This document shows positions 25,642 through 38,105 of a DNA stretch of 64,000 nucleotides, one piece after another (position 1 is the first letter of the stretch; the number at the start of each line of letters is the position of its first letter). The stretch covers positions 108,998,001 to 109,062,000 of the forward strand of contig NC_086097.1 in NCBI RefSeq assembly GCF_963921235.1, read 5' to 3'. A program made the translations under genes and the position numbers. The notes under the pieces are model-generated. The model saw nothing but the letters and a program-made list of their open reading frames with translations. It was not told where the DNA came from and did no database searches. This stretch comes from Mobula hypostoma (Eukaryota).

Positions 25642-26711
25642 ATCTTGAGAACCAGACAATTTTTCAGTGTGTTCCTGCTCAGGATGACTTCCAGAACAAC
25701 TTCCAGTGCCTACTCCCGCCATTATGCAACACCCTTTTCTGTGGTTAATCAAGAATACGGTTGTCACTGATTAGGAACTGTAACTAATCAATGTCAAAAG
25801 AAACGTGACCAATCAGTGTAATCACCATGTGTGATGTTGGAGTATCAAGTGTCACATAAATTCACAAATCGTGAGATTAATTACTTTGCTCTGTCCAAAG
25901 AATACAATTCCAGGATTCTCTAAGTATGTTATAGGTAAGCTCTAATTCTTCAAGTTGCATTTGAGAGGGCTCACCATCCGCTTTGCATTAGCATATTTAA
26001 ATGAGCAGGGCATTGAGATGCCCCATTTTCTGATCTGTATTCCTAGACGCATGCTAGGACTGTCAAACTGTGGAATCAATTCTTCAGCTGATTTATGCAA
26101 AGCTCAGTCTTATTGCCTCTTTGTTGATGATATTTCCGTCATAAAACAGAATTACCTCACACTCCAAATGAGCATTGCAGTGGGAGATCTGCTTATTTTT
26201 GGCAAATCTTGATATTACTGCTGACAAAGGCCTCTTTCACCTTGTGAGGGCAGGTCAGTGCAAAGTGCTTTCCATCAACAAGCAGATATCATTGACACAC
26301 GACTGACAATATTTGTCTTCGCAAAGAAGTTGTGCATCAAGGTCATGGCTAAAAAAAAGATAATGGAATCTGTAGAGGTTTTATCAGGAAATATTTGTCA
26401 TAGCTTGCAATTACCATTAAGTAAGTGCTTATCATTGATCAGACAACTGCCCTTTCAAGTTCTGGGCTACTAATTGCTTGAACCAGTGTTAGTCACATGT
26501 GTCTATAAAAATAGGATAAATAGTCTGTAGTTTTTGAAACACAGTTGTCTGGTTTGATAATTTGGCTTGAGTAAGTATAATGGCATTTTGAAAGAGTTTT
26601 TTTCACTTCATGTTATAACTTCAATGTACAAATTTTTTGCTCAGACAGATGACAACATAATTTTTGTGTAGTAGAGCACACTATTTCCACTGTGGTGCAG
26701 ATTTCATTTGA

Positions 26712-27486
26712 TCAGATTCAGATTCAGATTCAGGTTGAAGTTCAAGTTTAACTATCATCAACCCTACGTGAATACCCATGAATACAGGCGTATCAAACAG
26801 CACTCCTTCAGGGCTAAGCACAGTACCAACAGTCATACTCAGAGCATGGCACATTTTGCACGTATGAGCTAGCAGTAAACATCCAGTCCTACAAAAAATA
26901 TCTAATATAGTCCAAGTCCCCAAGTCCATAAGCGTTGATGGCAAGGAACATCTCACAGCAGTCTGCAGGTGACCACAATCCAGCTTGTCTTCCACTAAGT
27001 GAACACTAGAGGGCGGTAGCAACCGGAGGGCAGTACCAGCCCTCAATCCAGTATGGATGCCGCAGCACGCCGCCTCCCGTGTCACCTCTCCTGGGCGGCT
27101 GCACCCCGGCCTGAGACTTAGTCTGCACTGCAGCCAAAGCCATGCAGCTCCACTGCCGTTGGTCTCACCAATAAACCAGTGAACTGGACATGCAGTATTC
27201 CACAGTACCAATGTCCAACAGGGTCTTGTGATCAGAAGAATAATGTCCAAGGCAATCACTGGCTGTTACACTGCTCACTGCTTTTGCACACCGACTCAGC
27301 CGCCTTTTGGTAAGACAATCTGACAAAATCCAGCTCTGCCACTAACGAGCAGCTCAGCGCTGGGGTAGACATGAAGTTCTTAATATTCAGCAATGCCTTC
27401 TGATCTTACAAAAGACATTTTAAAAAGACAATAGTACCTTCAGTTTGCCCCATAGAGACCACTACATCCGAACACACCACCATCTT
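26712..27486 (-). mobile_element. Non-autonomous retroposon with (TGAATC)n tail
   Basis: Plus strand starts with (agattc)x3 followed by aagttcaagtttaac; minus-strand 5' end aagatggtggtg; non-coding. Confidence 0.45.
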
Positions 27487-27913
27487 ATGGGAATATAAAC
27501 AGAATGATACAGGAGCTTTACTTTGAACAGATTTTAGCCTTTAATCCAATTTGGCAATGTAGTTAGGTTACTAAGAATTAATTAAATTCATACAAACTTC
27601 TACAAATCAAAAATAATCTGCAGTAAAATTGTCTGTTAGATTTATTTTATAGTATTTTTGGCCTTTATTCTTGAAGGTTTAGCTATTAAACCAAATATTG
27701 TCTCATAATTTACCATTTGCACAAGGCAAAGTTTCATAACACTACTGAAAAAAACGACCAGAATGAGAATCAGGTTTATTATCACTGCCATATGTCATAA
27801 AACTTGTTGTTCTGCGACAGCAGTACAGTGCAATATACAAAACAATACTGAAAGTTACATTAGGAAATTTATAAAGGATAAATAAATAGTGAAAAAGAGA
27901 GCACAATAATGAG

Positions 27914-28079
27914 AGGTGCAGTCGACGTTTCAGGCGGAGACCCTCCGTCCTGACGAAGGGTCTCGGCCTGAAACGTCGACTGCGCCTCTTCCTATAGATG
28001 CTGCTTGGCCTGCTGCGTTCACCAGCAACTTTGATGTATGTTGCTTGAATTTCCAGCATCTGCAGAATTCCTGTTGTTT
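27914..28079 (+). mobile_element. Short Penelope terminal insertion with inverted 5' arm
   Basis: Flanked by exact 13-bp direct repeat gcacaataatgag (27901-27913 and 28080-28092); body nearly identical to the PLE end at 49440-49532. Confidence 0.85.
27947..27980 (+). ncRNA. Minimal type I hammerhead ribozyme motif (PLE-associated)
   Basis: gtc-CTGACGA-agg gtctcgg cct-GAAA-c-GTC^gac: intact catalytic core (27950-27956, 27970-27973), stem II agg/cct, stem I gtc/gac, loop-less palindromic helix III (ACGT). Confidence 0.7.
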
Positions 28080-29262
28080 GCACAATAATGAGGTAGTCTT
28101 CATGAGTTCATGGACTGTGCAGAAATATGATGACAGAGGGAAAGAAGCTGTTCTTAAAACATTGAATATGCATCCTCAGGCTCCTATACCTCCTCCCTGA
28201 TGTAAGGAATAAGAAGAGAGCACGTCCTGAATGGTGAGGGTCCTTAATGATGCCACCTTCTCGAGGCACTGCCTTTTGAAGATTTCCTCGATGGTGAGGA
28301 GGCTTTTGCTCGATAGAGCTGGCTGAGTGCACAAAGCTCTGCAGCTTCTTCTGATCCTGTGAATTGTAGCCTCCACACCGGTCTGTAACCCAGCCAGTCA
28401 CAATGCTCCTCATGATAATTCTATAGAAATTTGCTTGTGTCCTTGCTGATATACCCGATCTTCTCAAACTCCCTCATGAGGTATAGCTACTGGCAAGCCT
28501 TCCTTATGATTGCATCAATATGTAGGATCCTCTGAGATGTTGACACCCAGGATCTTGAATCTGCCTCTCTTTTCCATTGCTGACCTTCGATGAGGACTGG
28601 TGTATGTTCCTATGACTTGCCCTGGGTCTTATTGACGTTTAATGCAAGGTTGTTTTTGCAACACCGCTATACAAGTACACCTTCTCATTACCATCTGAGA
28701 TTCTGCACACTACAGTTGTGTCATTGGCATCCGAGATGTGTCTAACCACACAGTCACAGTCAAACAGACCAGTTAGCGCTGATCAGAGTTGGGTCGATAT
28801 CAATATTGGTGGTACCAGGTCGTGAGATTACTGTTGCTGTGCTATTCAATGACATTTCAACCCCTAGAAATAGGGCCGAGATCTTTCTGAGTGTGTTTCA
28901 TTGTTTCTGATTCTAGGTACGAAACACACCTTTCTTTAAGGTTCTCAGTTGAACCACCTTGTATATTTAAGTTGTTTGATATCAGCATCTTGGAGATATT
29001 TATTTACAGATTTAGGAAACTTGAGCAGCTTTGTTCCTTGTGTTGCCATTAGCTTTCAGAACATGCTCCAAAGATACGAGGGATTGTAAATTAATTGCCC
29101 ACTCTAAACTGGTGGAAACTGGGGGAGGGGAAGATGATAGAAACCTCGAGAAAATAAAATGGGTTAGGCTAGGACTTCTAAAAAAAAAGCAGGGTGCTTG
29201 ATGGTCAGCACAGTCTTGAAACATTGGGCAGAATGGCCTATTTCTGTGCTGTGTCTCTCTTT

Positions 29263-29482
29263 TGTTGTGTATTTAATATTTCAATAAGATTGGAGTTATC
29301 TTGTATATTGGTGGATTAAATAATTCCTTTTGGGTTATATGTATAAATACATGAATTGCATACATCATCACACTACCATGTGATATGTACTAACCTTGCT
29401 TTAAGCAAAGTTACACCTGCATTTCAGACTCTCATGCCTTCCTTCGAATTAGTTTAATGTTTTGAAGTTACAAAACATAATG
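29263..29482 (+). mobile_element. Short solo LTR related to the Gypsy LTR at ~48440-48672
   Basis: Starts TGTTGTG; shares taatatttca.taa..tt.gagt and aattagtt..tttg.agtta.aaaacat.a with the LTR that precedes the PBS at 48676. Confidence 0.6.
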
Positions 29483-29527
29483 TTGACTGCCACAAGCACT
29501 TACTAATTCATCTTCGTGGCAAATCTT

Positions 29528-29680
29528 AGAACATAGAACATAGAAGTCTACAGTACATTATAGGCCCTTCAGCCCACAATGTTCTGCCGTTCATGTAACC
29601 TGCTGTAGAGACTGCCTAGAATTACCCTACCGCACAGCCTCTATACTTTTCTAAGCTCCATGTATTCCAAGTCTCTTAAA
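29528..29680 (-). mobile_element. CR1 extreme 3' tail
   Basis: agaacatagaacatagaa microsatellite tail followed by aggcccttcagcccaca. Confidence 0.7.
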
Positions 29681-30139
29681 AGTAATCTTGTTATTGGCAT
29701 TTATAGATTTTTCTTACTGAAAATGGCAACCTTGCTGCAAACCTGTTTTTAAATTTCTTCATTGCTCTCTCTTCACATGTATTTGATCTGATAATCTGAC
29801 TGAAAGGGTACTGCAAGTCCTTGGATGGAACAATATACCGAAGTGCTAACAGCCTGTTCAGATACAAGTCAAAGATTCCTTGGTGGTATTTGAGGAAGAG
29901 TCCTGGCAAAGTCCAGGTCAAGTTATTTCCCTCACCTGATAGGACAGTAAATCTAGATGAGCTGCATGAGCCTTGAGAAGTTTGGTAAAAGTGCCTGAAG
30001 CATGAAGATTCAGACAATCATTCTCTGTTGGAATACAAAGGGTAGTTAAAGCAGAATCAGTAATTGCTTTGGAATATGGAATGGTTAAAGGGGACTAAGC
30101 TGTTGAGAAAAAGCCAACAGTCCAGCATTAAGCAGAGTT

Positions 30140-30555
30140 AAAAGATCCTGGAGGTCCATTCCCATTCCGTCGTGTTGGTCCATGGCCTCCTCTTGTGCCA
30201 CCTTCAGAATGGAAATGGCATCAATATTGATTTCTCCTTCCAGTAAACAAATTCCCCCCTCCCTCGGTTCCCCACTCTTATTTTTTCTCACCTGCCTATT
30301 ACTTCCCCCTGGGTCCCCTCCTCCTTCCCTTTCTCCTATGGCCCGCTCTCCTCTCCTATCAGATTCCTTCCTCTCCAGCCCTTGACCTTTCCCACCCACC
30401 TGGCTTTAGCTATCACCTTCCTGCTAGCCTCTTTTCCCTCCCCACACCTTTTCATTTTGGCATCTTCCCCCTTACTTCTCAGTCCTCGGCCCGAAACATG
30501 GGCAGTTTATTCATTTCCATAGATGCTGCCTGGCCTGCTGAGTTCCTCCAACAAT
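30140..30555 (+). mobile_element. Penelope-like element 3' fragment
   Basis: gtccatggcctcctc..atggcatcaatattgatttctc, a pyrimidine-rich UTR, then agtcctcggcccgaaac (hammerhead with CTGATGA deleted) and atagatgctgcctggcctgctgagttcctcca. Confidence 0.75.
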
Positions 30556-30907
30556 AAGCAGTGTTAAAAAATCATTGTTTTCTGTGTTGTGTGCTGCATA
30601 TATATTTGCTGTCTTTTTTGGATAGAAAAAAACATAATTTTAAAAATAATTATCTGAAACATTATGAAGGTCTGAAACATGTACTATAAATGTAAACTTG
30701 CTAACTCTGCCAACATTAGCCATCTGGAATATGTGTTTCTCATTAATTCACTTTAGAAAATCTGACCCTTTTGTACCTGGGGTTGTCACCTGCTTGGCAA
30801 GAACTCTCCACTACACATGCTTTAATAAATAAGTATTGCATTTTGGGCTAATGTTGTGATGCAGTGCTGACATTTGTAGAATTCTCTTATTGAAAGATAG
30901 GCAAAGA

Positions 30908-31140
30908 GATAGAAACATAGAAAACCTACAGTACAATACAGGCCCTTCAGGCCATAAAGCTGTGCCGAACATCTCCTTACCTTAGAAATTACCCAGGGTT
31001 ACCCGTAGCCCTCTATTTTTCTGAGCTCCATGTACCTGTCCAAGAGTCTCTTAAAAGACCCTATGGTATCCGTTTCCACCACCGTCGCTGGCAGCCCATT
31101 CCACACACTCACCACTCTCTGTGTAAAAAAACTTACCCAG
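30908..31140 (-). mobile_element. CR1 3' tail
   Basis: gatagaaacatagaaaacctacagtacaatacaggcccttc..ggcagcccattccacacactcaccactctctgtgtaaaaaa. Confidence 0.8.
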
Positions 31141-31579
31141 GGTGAGTTGTCCTCTCAGATATAGATGTCCCCTCAATCTTCCTTTTATTGAATGAGCAAG
31201 GGCCTCTGCTGCAAAACTGAGCTCTCCACAGAAAGCCGCGTAGAACTCAGTGTCCCAGTATAACCTCCCAGACCTCCGGTCAGGCTTTATCTTGGTAAAT
31301 CCATTCAGTACCGATTTGAACTAGCACTTCTGAACTGCCGAGTAGCAAGAGGCTCATTTATGTCTCATGAGGTCTCACGTGAATAAATGTAGTTGCTGAG
31401 AAAAGTTACTTAATATTTGACCTGTGTGCATTTTTGTATAATTTGGAATACACATGGGGCAGAGATCTTACTTGCAATCATCTGGGCATGCCAAGAAGCC
31501 TTTATCCCACCAGTCTAATTTAAATCTAGTTCAGAAAAGATGCAAGTAAAACTGTTCAACTAGACGAACTACAGATATC

Positions 31580-31900
31580 AGATTCAAAGTTCAAAATAAG
31601 TTTATTATCAAAGTACATATATGTCACTATATACTACCCTAAGATCCATTTTCTTGTGGGCATTCACAGTAACTACAAAGAAACAATGAAAACCGCACAC
31701 AGCATACTGGACAAACAACCAGTGGGTGAAAGACAACAAACCATGCAAATACAAAATGAAAAGTAAAGTAAAGAAAATAATAAATAAATAAGCAATAAAT
31801 ATCCAGAACATGAGATGAAGAGTTCTTGAAAGTGAGTCCGTTGCTTGTGTGAGTGAAATTCTCTCCTCTGGTTCGAGAGCTGGATGGTTGAGGGGCTCAA
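31580..31900 (-). mobile_element. Rex1/Babar 3' UTR fragment
   Basis: Same tail as 3165-3470 (caaagttcaaa..tttattatcaaagtacatatatgtcac). Confidence 0.7.
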
Positions 31901-33224
31901 GCATATAAATCAGGTTTATAATCACTCACACATGTCATGAAACTTACATGTGTGAGAAGGCTCCTTAAATTACTTCCAAAGTTTTAATCGGTGTTCCCAT
32001 CAATCTACACAATGCGGATTACTGATGGTAAGAAATCAGTTCAAGCATATTGGAGAGCTTGCTGTCATACAGGATTTAACCCTGTATGATGGGATACTAA
32101 CAGGCACTGAACTTAACAAGGTCTACCTTTTCCCAACTCTCTTTCCAGTTTCACCATATGCTTAGCATTCCAGGTTACCAAATTTCCATCTTCTTCCAGA
32201 CTTTCCTCTATGTGTTCCTCAGTTCTCCAAATTAGATGACTTTTCCCCACTCTCTCCTTCAGACCTACTGAAATTATAATAACGTTCATGGGCATGGCCA
32301 GCCACACACAAAACAGTCTCACTAATCAGTGGGGGAGGAGGATGTTGTCTTCAACGTGTCAAGAGCACGTTGGAGAAAGAGCGTTCTTCTAATGACACAT
32401 TTGGAAGCCAGAGGCTTGGGCAGCTCAAAGGAATGAGATGTTGTTTCATCCTGTCAGAGGTCTTGGCCGCATGTTTCTGGAAATTTGAGGCTAATTTCTT
32501 GATCAGAAATAGGACTGGTTATTGGGCCATTTATATCATCCATGAAATAATTCAGTTGCTATTTTTTCCAGATTGGCAAGGACAATTTGAGGTTAATTTG
32601 CACTATGTGCCTAAAAGTCAATCACTTCCAAATTCAACCTGCACTGCTAATAATTTCTAGCACTTTGTGCTTTTATTTGAAACCTCCACATATTAATAGT
32701 TACTATTAATCTAACTTCATCTCACATTAATAAGTGCTGTCTTTTTCGCACTTTCATTCTATCTTTATCTCACTCCTTTGTTTTTGCCATGTACTTCCTC
32801 TCACAGTGTTCTTCTGCTAAATGTCATAGAGTTACAACACATGGAAAAGGCCCTTTACTCTCAACACATTCAAGCCAACAAAGGTAACTTCTGGAGTTAG
32901 TTCTACCTGCCCGTATTTGGCCTGATTCCTACTAGATATTTCCTATCTACCTATCTAGTCAAATGTCTTTTAAACATTATAATTGTACTTACCTCTACCA
33001 CTTCCTCTGGGAATGAATTTTTTCCAAATATCCACAATTCTCTAAGTCAAGGGTTCCAAACCTGGGTTCATGGACCACATGCTTAATTGTATTGGTCCAA
33101 AGTATATCACCATCACTCATACAAGTTAAACTCCATCTACCACTCTTTGGCTCACTTTCTCATTTGATCTAGGTCTTGTTGTAACCTGTTAATTTTCCAT
33201 CACACTAGGACTTGTGATACTCTT

Positions 33225-34115
33225 TGGATGAAAATGTAGATGGGTGGGTTAGTAGATTTGCAGGTGATATGAAGATTGGTGGTGTGGATAGCGTAGACTG
33301 GCAAAGAATACAGCAGAGTATAGATCAGTTGCAGACATGGGCAGAGAAATAGCAGATAGAGTTTAACCCTGCCAAGCATGAAGTGTTACACCTTGGAGGT
33401 CAAATGTAAAGAGACAGTACACTGTGAAAGGCAAGACCCTTAAAAGTGTGGTGCAGAGGGATCTTGGGGTCCAAGTTCACAGCACCCTGAAAGTGGCTAT
33501 ACAGGTTTATAGGGTGGTTAAAAAGGCATATTGCATTGAGTTCAAAAGACAGTAAGTTATGTTGCAGCTTTACAAGTCTGTAGTTGGGCCACATCTGGAG
33601 TATTGCATACAGTTCTGGTCACCCCATTATGGGAAGGAATTTGAGGTTTTGGAGAGGGCGCAGAAGAGTTCTACTTGGATGTTGCCTGGTTTAGAGGGCA
33701 TGTGCTAAAACACGAGGTTGATTTCTCTGGAGTGACGGAGGCTGAGGAGAGATCTGATAGAGGTTTCTAGGGATATGAGAGGCATAGATAGAGTAGACAG
33801 ACAGTATCTTTTTCTCAGTATTGAAGTGTCTAATACCAGAGGGCTTACATTTAAGGTAATAGGGTGTAATTTCAAAGGAGAGGTGAGGGGTAAGATTTTT
33901 GTACAGAGTGGTGGGTGCCTGGAATGCACTGCCTGGGCTAGTGGTAGACCCATACACATTAGAGACATTTAAGAGACGTTTAGATAAGCACGTGAATATG
34001 AGGAAAATGGACAGATGTGGACATTGGCTAGACAGAGAGGGTCAGTTAGGTTGCCCATTTATTACTAATTTACATTGTGAGCTGAAAGGCCTGATCCTGT
34101 GCTGTACAGTTCCAT
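33225..34115 (+). mobile_element. CR1 RT-to-3' fragment
   Basis: DENVDGWVSRFAGDMKIGG; LEYCIQFWSP; DLIEVSRDMRGIDRVD..TRGLTFKV. Confidence 0.85.
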
Positions 34116-34332
34116 ATTCACATGGTCAATTTTGGTGTTATCCACAAATTTACTAATCATGCTACCTACATGCTCATCCAAATCATGAATAGAGGACCCA
34201 GCACTGATCCCTGCAGCACACCACTAGTCAACAACCCTCCACTACCACCCTTTGCCACCTTCTATCAAGCCTATTTTATATCCAAAAGATAGTGCATGCT
34301 GACCAGAAGGAAGGTTAGTTTCTTTAGTAATA

Positions 34333-34957
34333 CAATGGGTTCTGGTTAAATTGGGGCAGCCACTTATTTGGGACAATTCCTAAAGAACAAAACTAATCAG
34401 GGAAATTGCCGGGATTCCCTTCATTTATTTGGGACACTATGTCGCTTAGTTGGGGCAGGACACCTTTGCCAAACTGTTTCTAACTCACGTGCGCTTGTGT
34501 GAATGCTTGGAAATAGCAGAAATAGCCGGGAGTGAAAATCAAATGATTTCACTACTTCAACAAGTTAGGGATTATGAAGGCATCCACAATCATTTTGAAT
34601 GTTACAATCAAAATGAAGATTTGGAGGAAGCAATCATCTAAAGCATTTTATGAAGGCAGTCCATTACCTGCACTAGGTGTCTCTGCTCATTTTGTTCATT
34701 TACAGCCAATCAGAAAAACATGGCAGATGATTTCCTCTGTCAATAGCTATTAGGAAGTAATACACAGTTTTATAGTACGGTAGAGGTGTTGATAGTGTTC
34801 TTATTTGTTCTGTATTTCATTTAAATACATGAGTTGTTATTCAGTTAAACAATATACCTTGTATCTACTTCCATGAAACTTCGGCTAACTGGGGCAGCCA
34901 CTTTATTGGGCCAAAAGGTACAAGTCCCGATGTGTCCCAATTAACCCAAATGTACTG
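34333..34957. mobile_element. Tigger/pogo-like MITE
   Basis: Imperfect TIRs caatgggttctggttaaattgggg and tgtcccaattaacccaaatgtactg, TA on both sides (34331-34332, 34958-34959); internal repeat tggggcagccactt at ~34352 and ~34890. Confidence 0.6.
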
Positions 34958-37900
34958 TATAACAATTAACTGAAATGTTTGATTGATATCTGCTGAATTA
35001 AGGATCTCAGTTTTGACATAAAGAAAAATAAATCTTAGTGATGTTATCAAATTAAGTCAAATTCAGAAATGTTTAACAAGGAATTGTGACTGAGTCTACC
35101 GATGAGATGCTGAAACTGCTGACAGACAAAAAAGTCTTCATTCAACACAGCAGTTATCTGGAGAAAATCTCATTCTCCTCACAGATGTTCTATAATTTTA
35201 AACACAAAGCAAAAATAAGTGATTAACTACAGTATCAATGGCAATAATTATAGACTTTAGGAACCAGGAAGATAGAGCTGAGGATGAGCCAGCAGCTTTC
35301 CAAGTAGATGATGGGTGTAACAAGAATGTAAGGAAGGACAAGCCAATGATAGGGTACAAATACAGACAGAGCAAGGAGTTAAGTTGTACCATAGAGGCAA
35401 AATTCAAAAGAGCGAAGAATGCAGGACTGAAGGTGCTGTTTTTAAATGTGTGTAGCACATGGAATAAGGTGGACAAATTTATGGTGCAAATAGTGATTAG
35501 TTGGTATGACATTGTGGGCATCACTGAGTCATGGCTGAAAGAAGGTCATAGTTGGGAGCTTAACATCAAAGGATTTACTTTGTATTGAAAGGAAGGCATA
35601 GGCGGCGGTGTTGCTCTGTTGGTAGGAGAAGGAACTACATCGAGAGAAGGGGATGACATAGGGTGAGAATGCTGAATCTTTGTGGTTGGAGTTAAGAAAT
35701 TGCAAGGGTGAAAAAAAAAACACTGTGGGAATCATATATAGGCCTCTAAATTGTAGCCAAAATGTGGGGTTGAGATTGCAAAGGGAGCTGGAAAAAGCAT
35801 GTATTAAGGGTAATGACACAATTGTAATGTGGGACTTCAATATGCAAGGGGATTGGGAAAATCAGGTTGGTATCAGATTGCAAAAGAGGGAATTTGTTGA
35901 ATGCCTAAGAGGTGGCTTTTTAGAGCAGCTTGTGAAAAGGCTATCTTAGATTGGGTGCTGTGTAACAACCCAGATCTTATTTGGGAGCTTAACGTAAAGG
36001 AGCTCTTAGAATCTTATTATGATCACTTGTCTGTCAGCAGTGATCATAATATGATTGAATTCATACGAATAAAGGGAATTACAGAGGCATGGGAGAGGTG
36101 CTTGCCCAGGTGGATTGGAGGAAGATACTGGTGGAGATGACGGCAGAACAAAGATGGCTGAAACTTCTGGGAATAGTTCACAAGGTGCAGGATAGATTTG
36201 TCCCACAGAGGAAGGAGTTCTGAAATGGCAGGGGTAGGCAACCATGGCTGACAAGGGAAGTTAAGGACTGCATAAAAGCCAAGGAAGGGGCATATAAGGT
36301 AGAACATGTGTGTGGGAAGTTGGATGATTAGGAAGCTTTTAATAGAAACAAAAGGCAACTAAAAAAGCTATAAGAAGGGAAAAGATGAAATATGAGGGCA
36401 GACTAGCCAATAATATAAAGCAGGATACCAGAAGTTTTCTCAGTTATATAGACCGTACTACCATAAGACATAGGAGCGGAATTAGGCCATCTGGCCCACC
36501 GAGTCTAGTTTGCCATTCGATCATGGCTGATCCTTTCTTTTCTATCTCCTCCTCAACCCCAGTTCCCGGTCTTCTCCCGGTAACCTTTGATGCCACGTCC
36601 TATCAGAACCTATCAATCTCTGCCATAAATACACCCAATGAGCTGGCCTCCACAGCTGCCTGTGGGAACAAATTCCACAAATTCACCACCCTTTGGCTAA
36701 AGAAAATTCTCCACATCTCTGTTTTGAAAGGGCACCCCTCTATCCTGAGGCTGTGCCCTCTTATCCTCTTATCCTACAATCTCCCACCATGGGAATCACA
36801 TCTACTCTGTCTAGACCTTTCAACATTTGAAAGGTTTCAGTGAGTTCTCCCCTCATATTTCTAAATTTCAGTGAGTACAGACCCAGAGCCATCAAACGTT
36901 CCTTGTATGATAACTCTTTCATTCCTGGAATCATCCTTGTGAACCTCCTCTGGACCCTCTCCAATGCCAGCAAATCTTTTCTAAGATGAGGGTCCCAAAA
37001 CTGTTCACGATACTCAAGGTGAGGCCTCACCAGTACCTTATAAAGCCTCAGCATCATATCTTTGCTCTTGTATTCTAGACCCATGACATGGCATTTGCCT
37101 TCGTCACCACTGACTCAACTTGCAAGTTAACCTTCATGGTGTTCTGCACAAGGACTCCTCCTCTGCATCTCAGATTCCTGGATTTTCTCCCCATTTAGAA
37201 AATATTCTGCACATTTATTTCTACTGCAAAAGTGCATGACCATGTATTTTCTAACATTGTATTTCATTTGCCACTTCCTTGCCCATTCTCCGAATATGTC
37301 TAAGTCCTTCTGCATCCTACCTGTTTCCTCAACACTACCTGCCCCTCCACCAATCTTCATATCATCTACAAACTTGGCAACAAAGCCATCTATTCCATCA
37401 TCTAAATCATTTATATACAGCATAAAAAGAAGTGATCCCAACATCGACCCCTGCGGAATGCCACTAGTCACTGGCAGCCAACTAGAAAAGGATCCTTTTA
37501 TTCCCACTCACTGCCTCCTACCCATCAGCCAATGCTGTAATCATGTTGGTAACTTTCCTGTAATACCATGGGCTCTTAACTTGGTAAGCACCCTCATGTG
37601 TGGCACCTTGTCAGAAGCCTTCTGAAAGTCCAAATATACAACATCCATTGCATCCCCTTTATCTATCCTACTTGTAATCTCCTTGAAGAATTCCATCAGG
37701 TTCGTCAGGCAAGATTTTCCCTGAAGGAAACCATGCTGACTTTGTCTGGTCTTCTCCTGTGTCACCAAGTACTCCAACACCTCATCCTTAACAATTGACT
37801 CTAACATCTTCCCAACCACTGAGGTCAGGCTAACTGGTCTATAATTAACTTTCTGCTGCCTTCCTCCTTTCTTAAAGAGTGGAGTAATATTTGTATTTTT

Positions 37901-38105
37901 CCTGTCCTCTGGCACCATGCCAGAGTCCAATGATTTTTGAAAGAACGTTGCTAATGCTACCTCAATCTCTAACGCTACCTCTTTCATAACCCTAAGGTGC
38001 AGTTCCTCTGGTCCAGGTGACTTATGTACCTATAGGTTTTTAGGCTTTTTGAGCATCTTCTCTCTTGTAACAGTGACTGCACTCACTTCTCTTCCTTCAC
38101 ACACT

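Larger units (their letters stand above)
27758..28760 (-). mobile_element. Rex1/Babar LINE 3' fragment
   Basis: ORF 28108-28467 LRR..ANFYR..IIKDPHHSGRALFLFLTSGRRYRSL..FKNSFFPSVI; tail gataataaacctgattctcattct. Confidence 0.85.

Noticed and set aside
26681..27259. 192-aa minus-strand ORF
   Set aside because: Lies within a non-autonomous repeat, runs into its (TGAATC)n tail (ESESESD), and has no recognisable domain.
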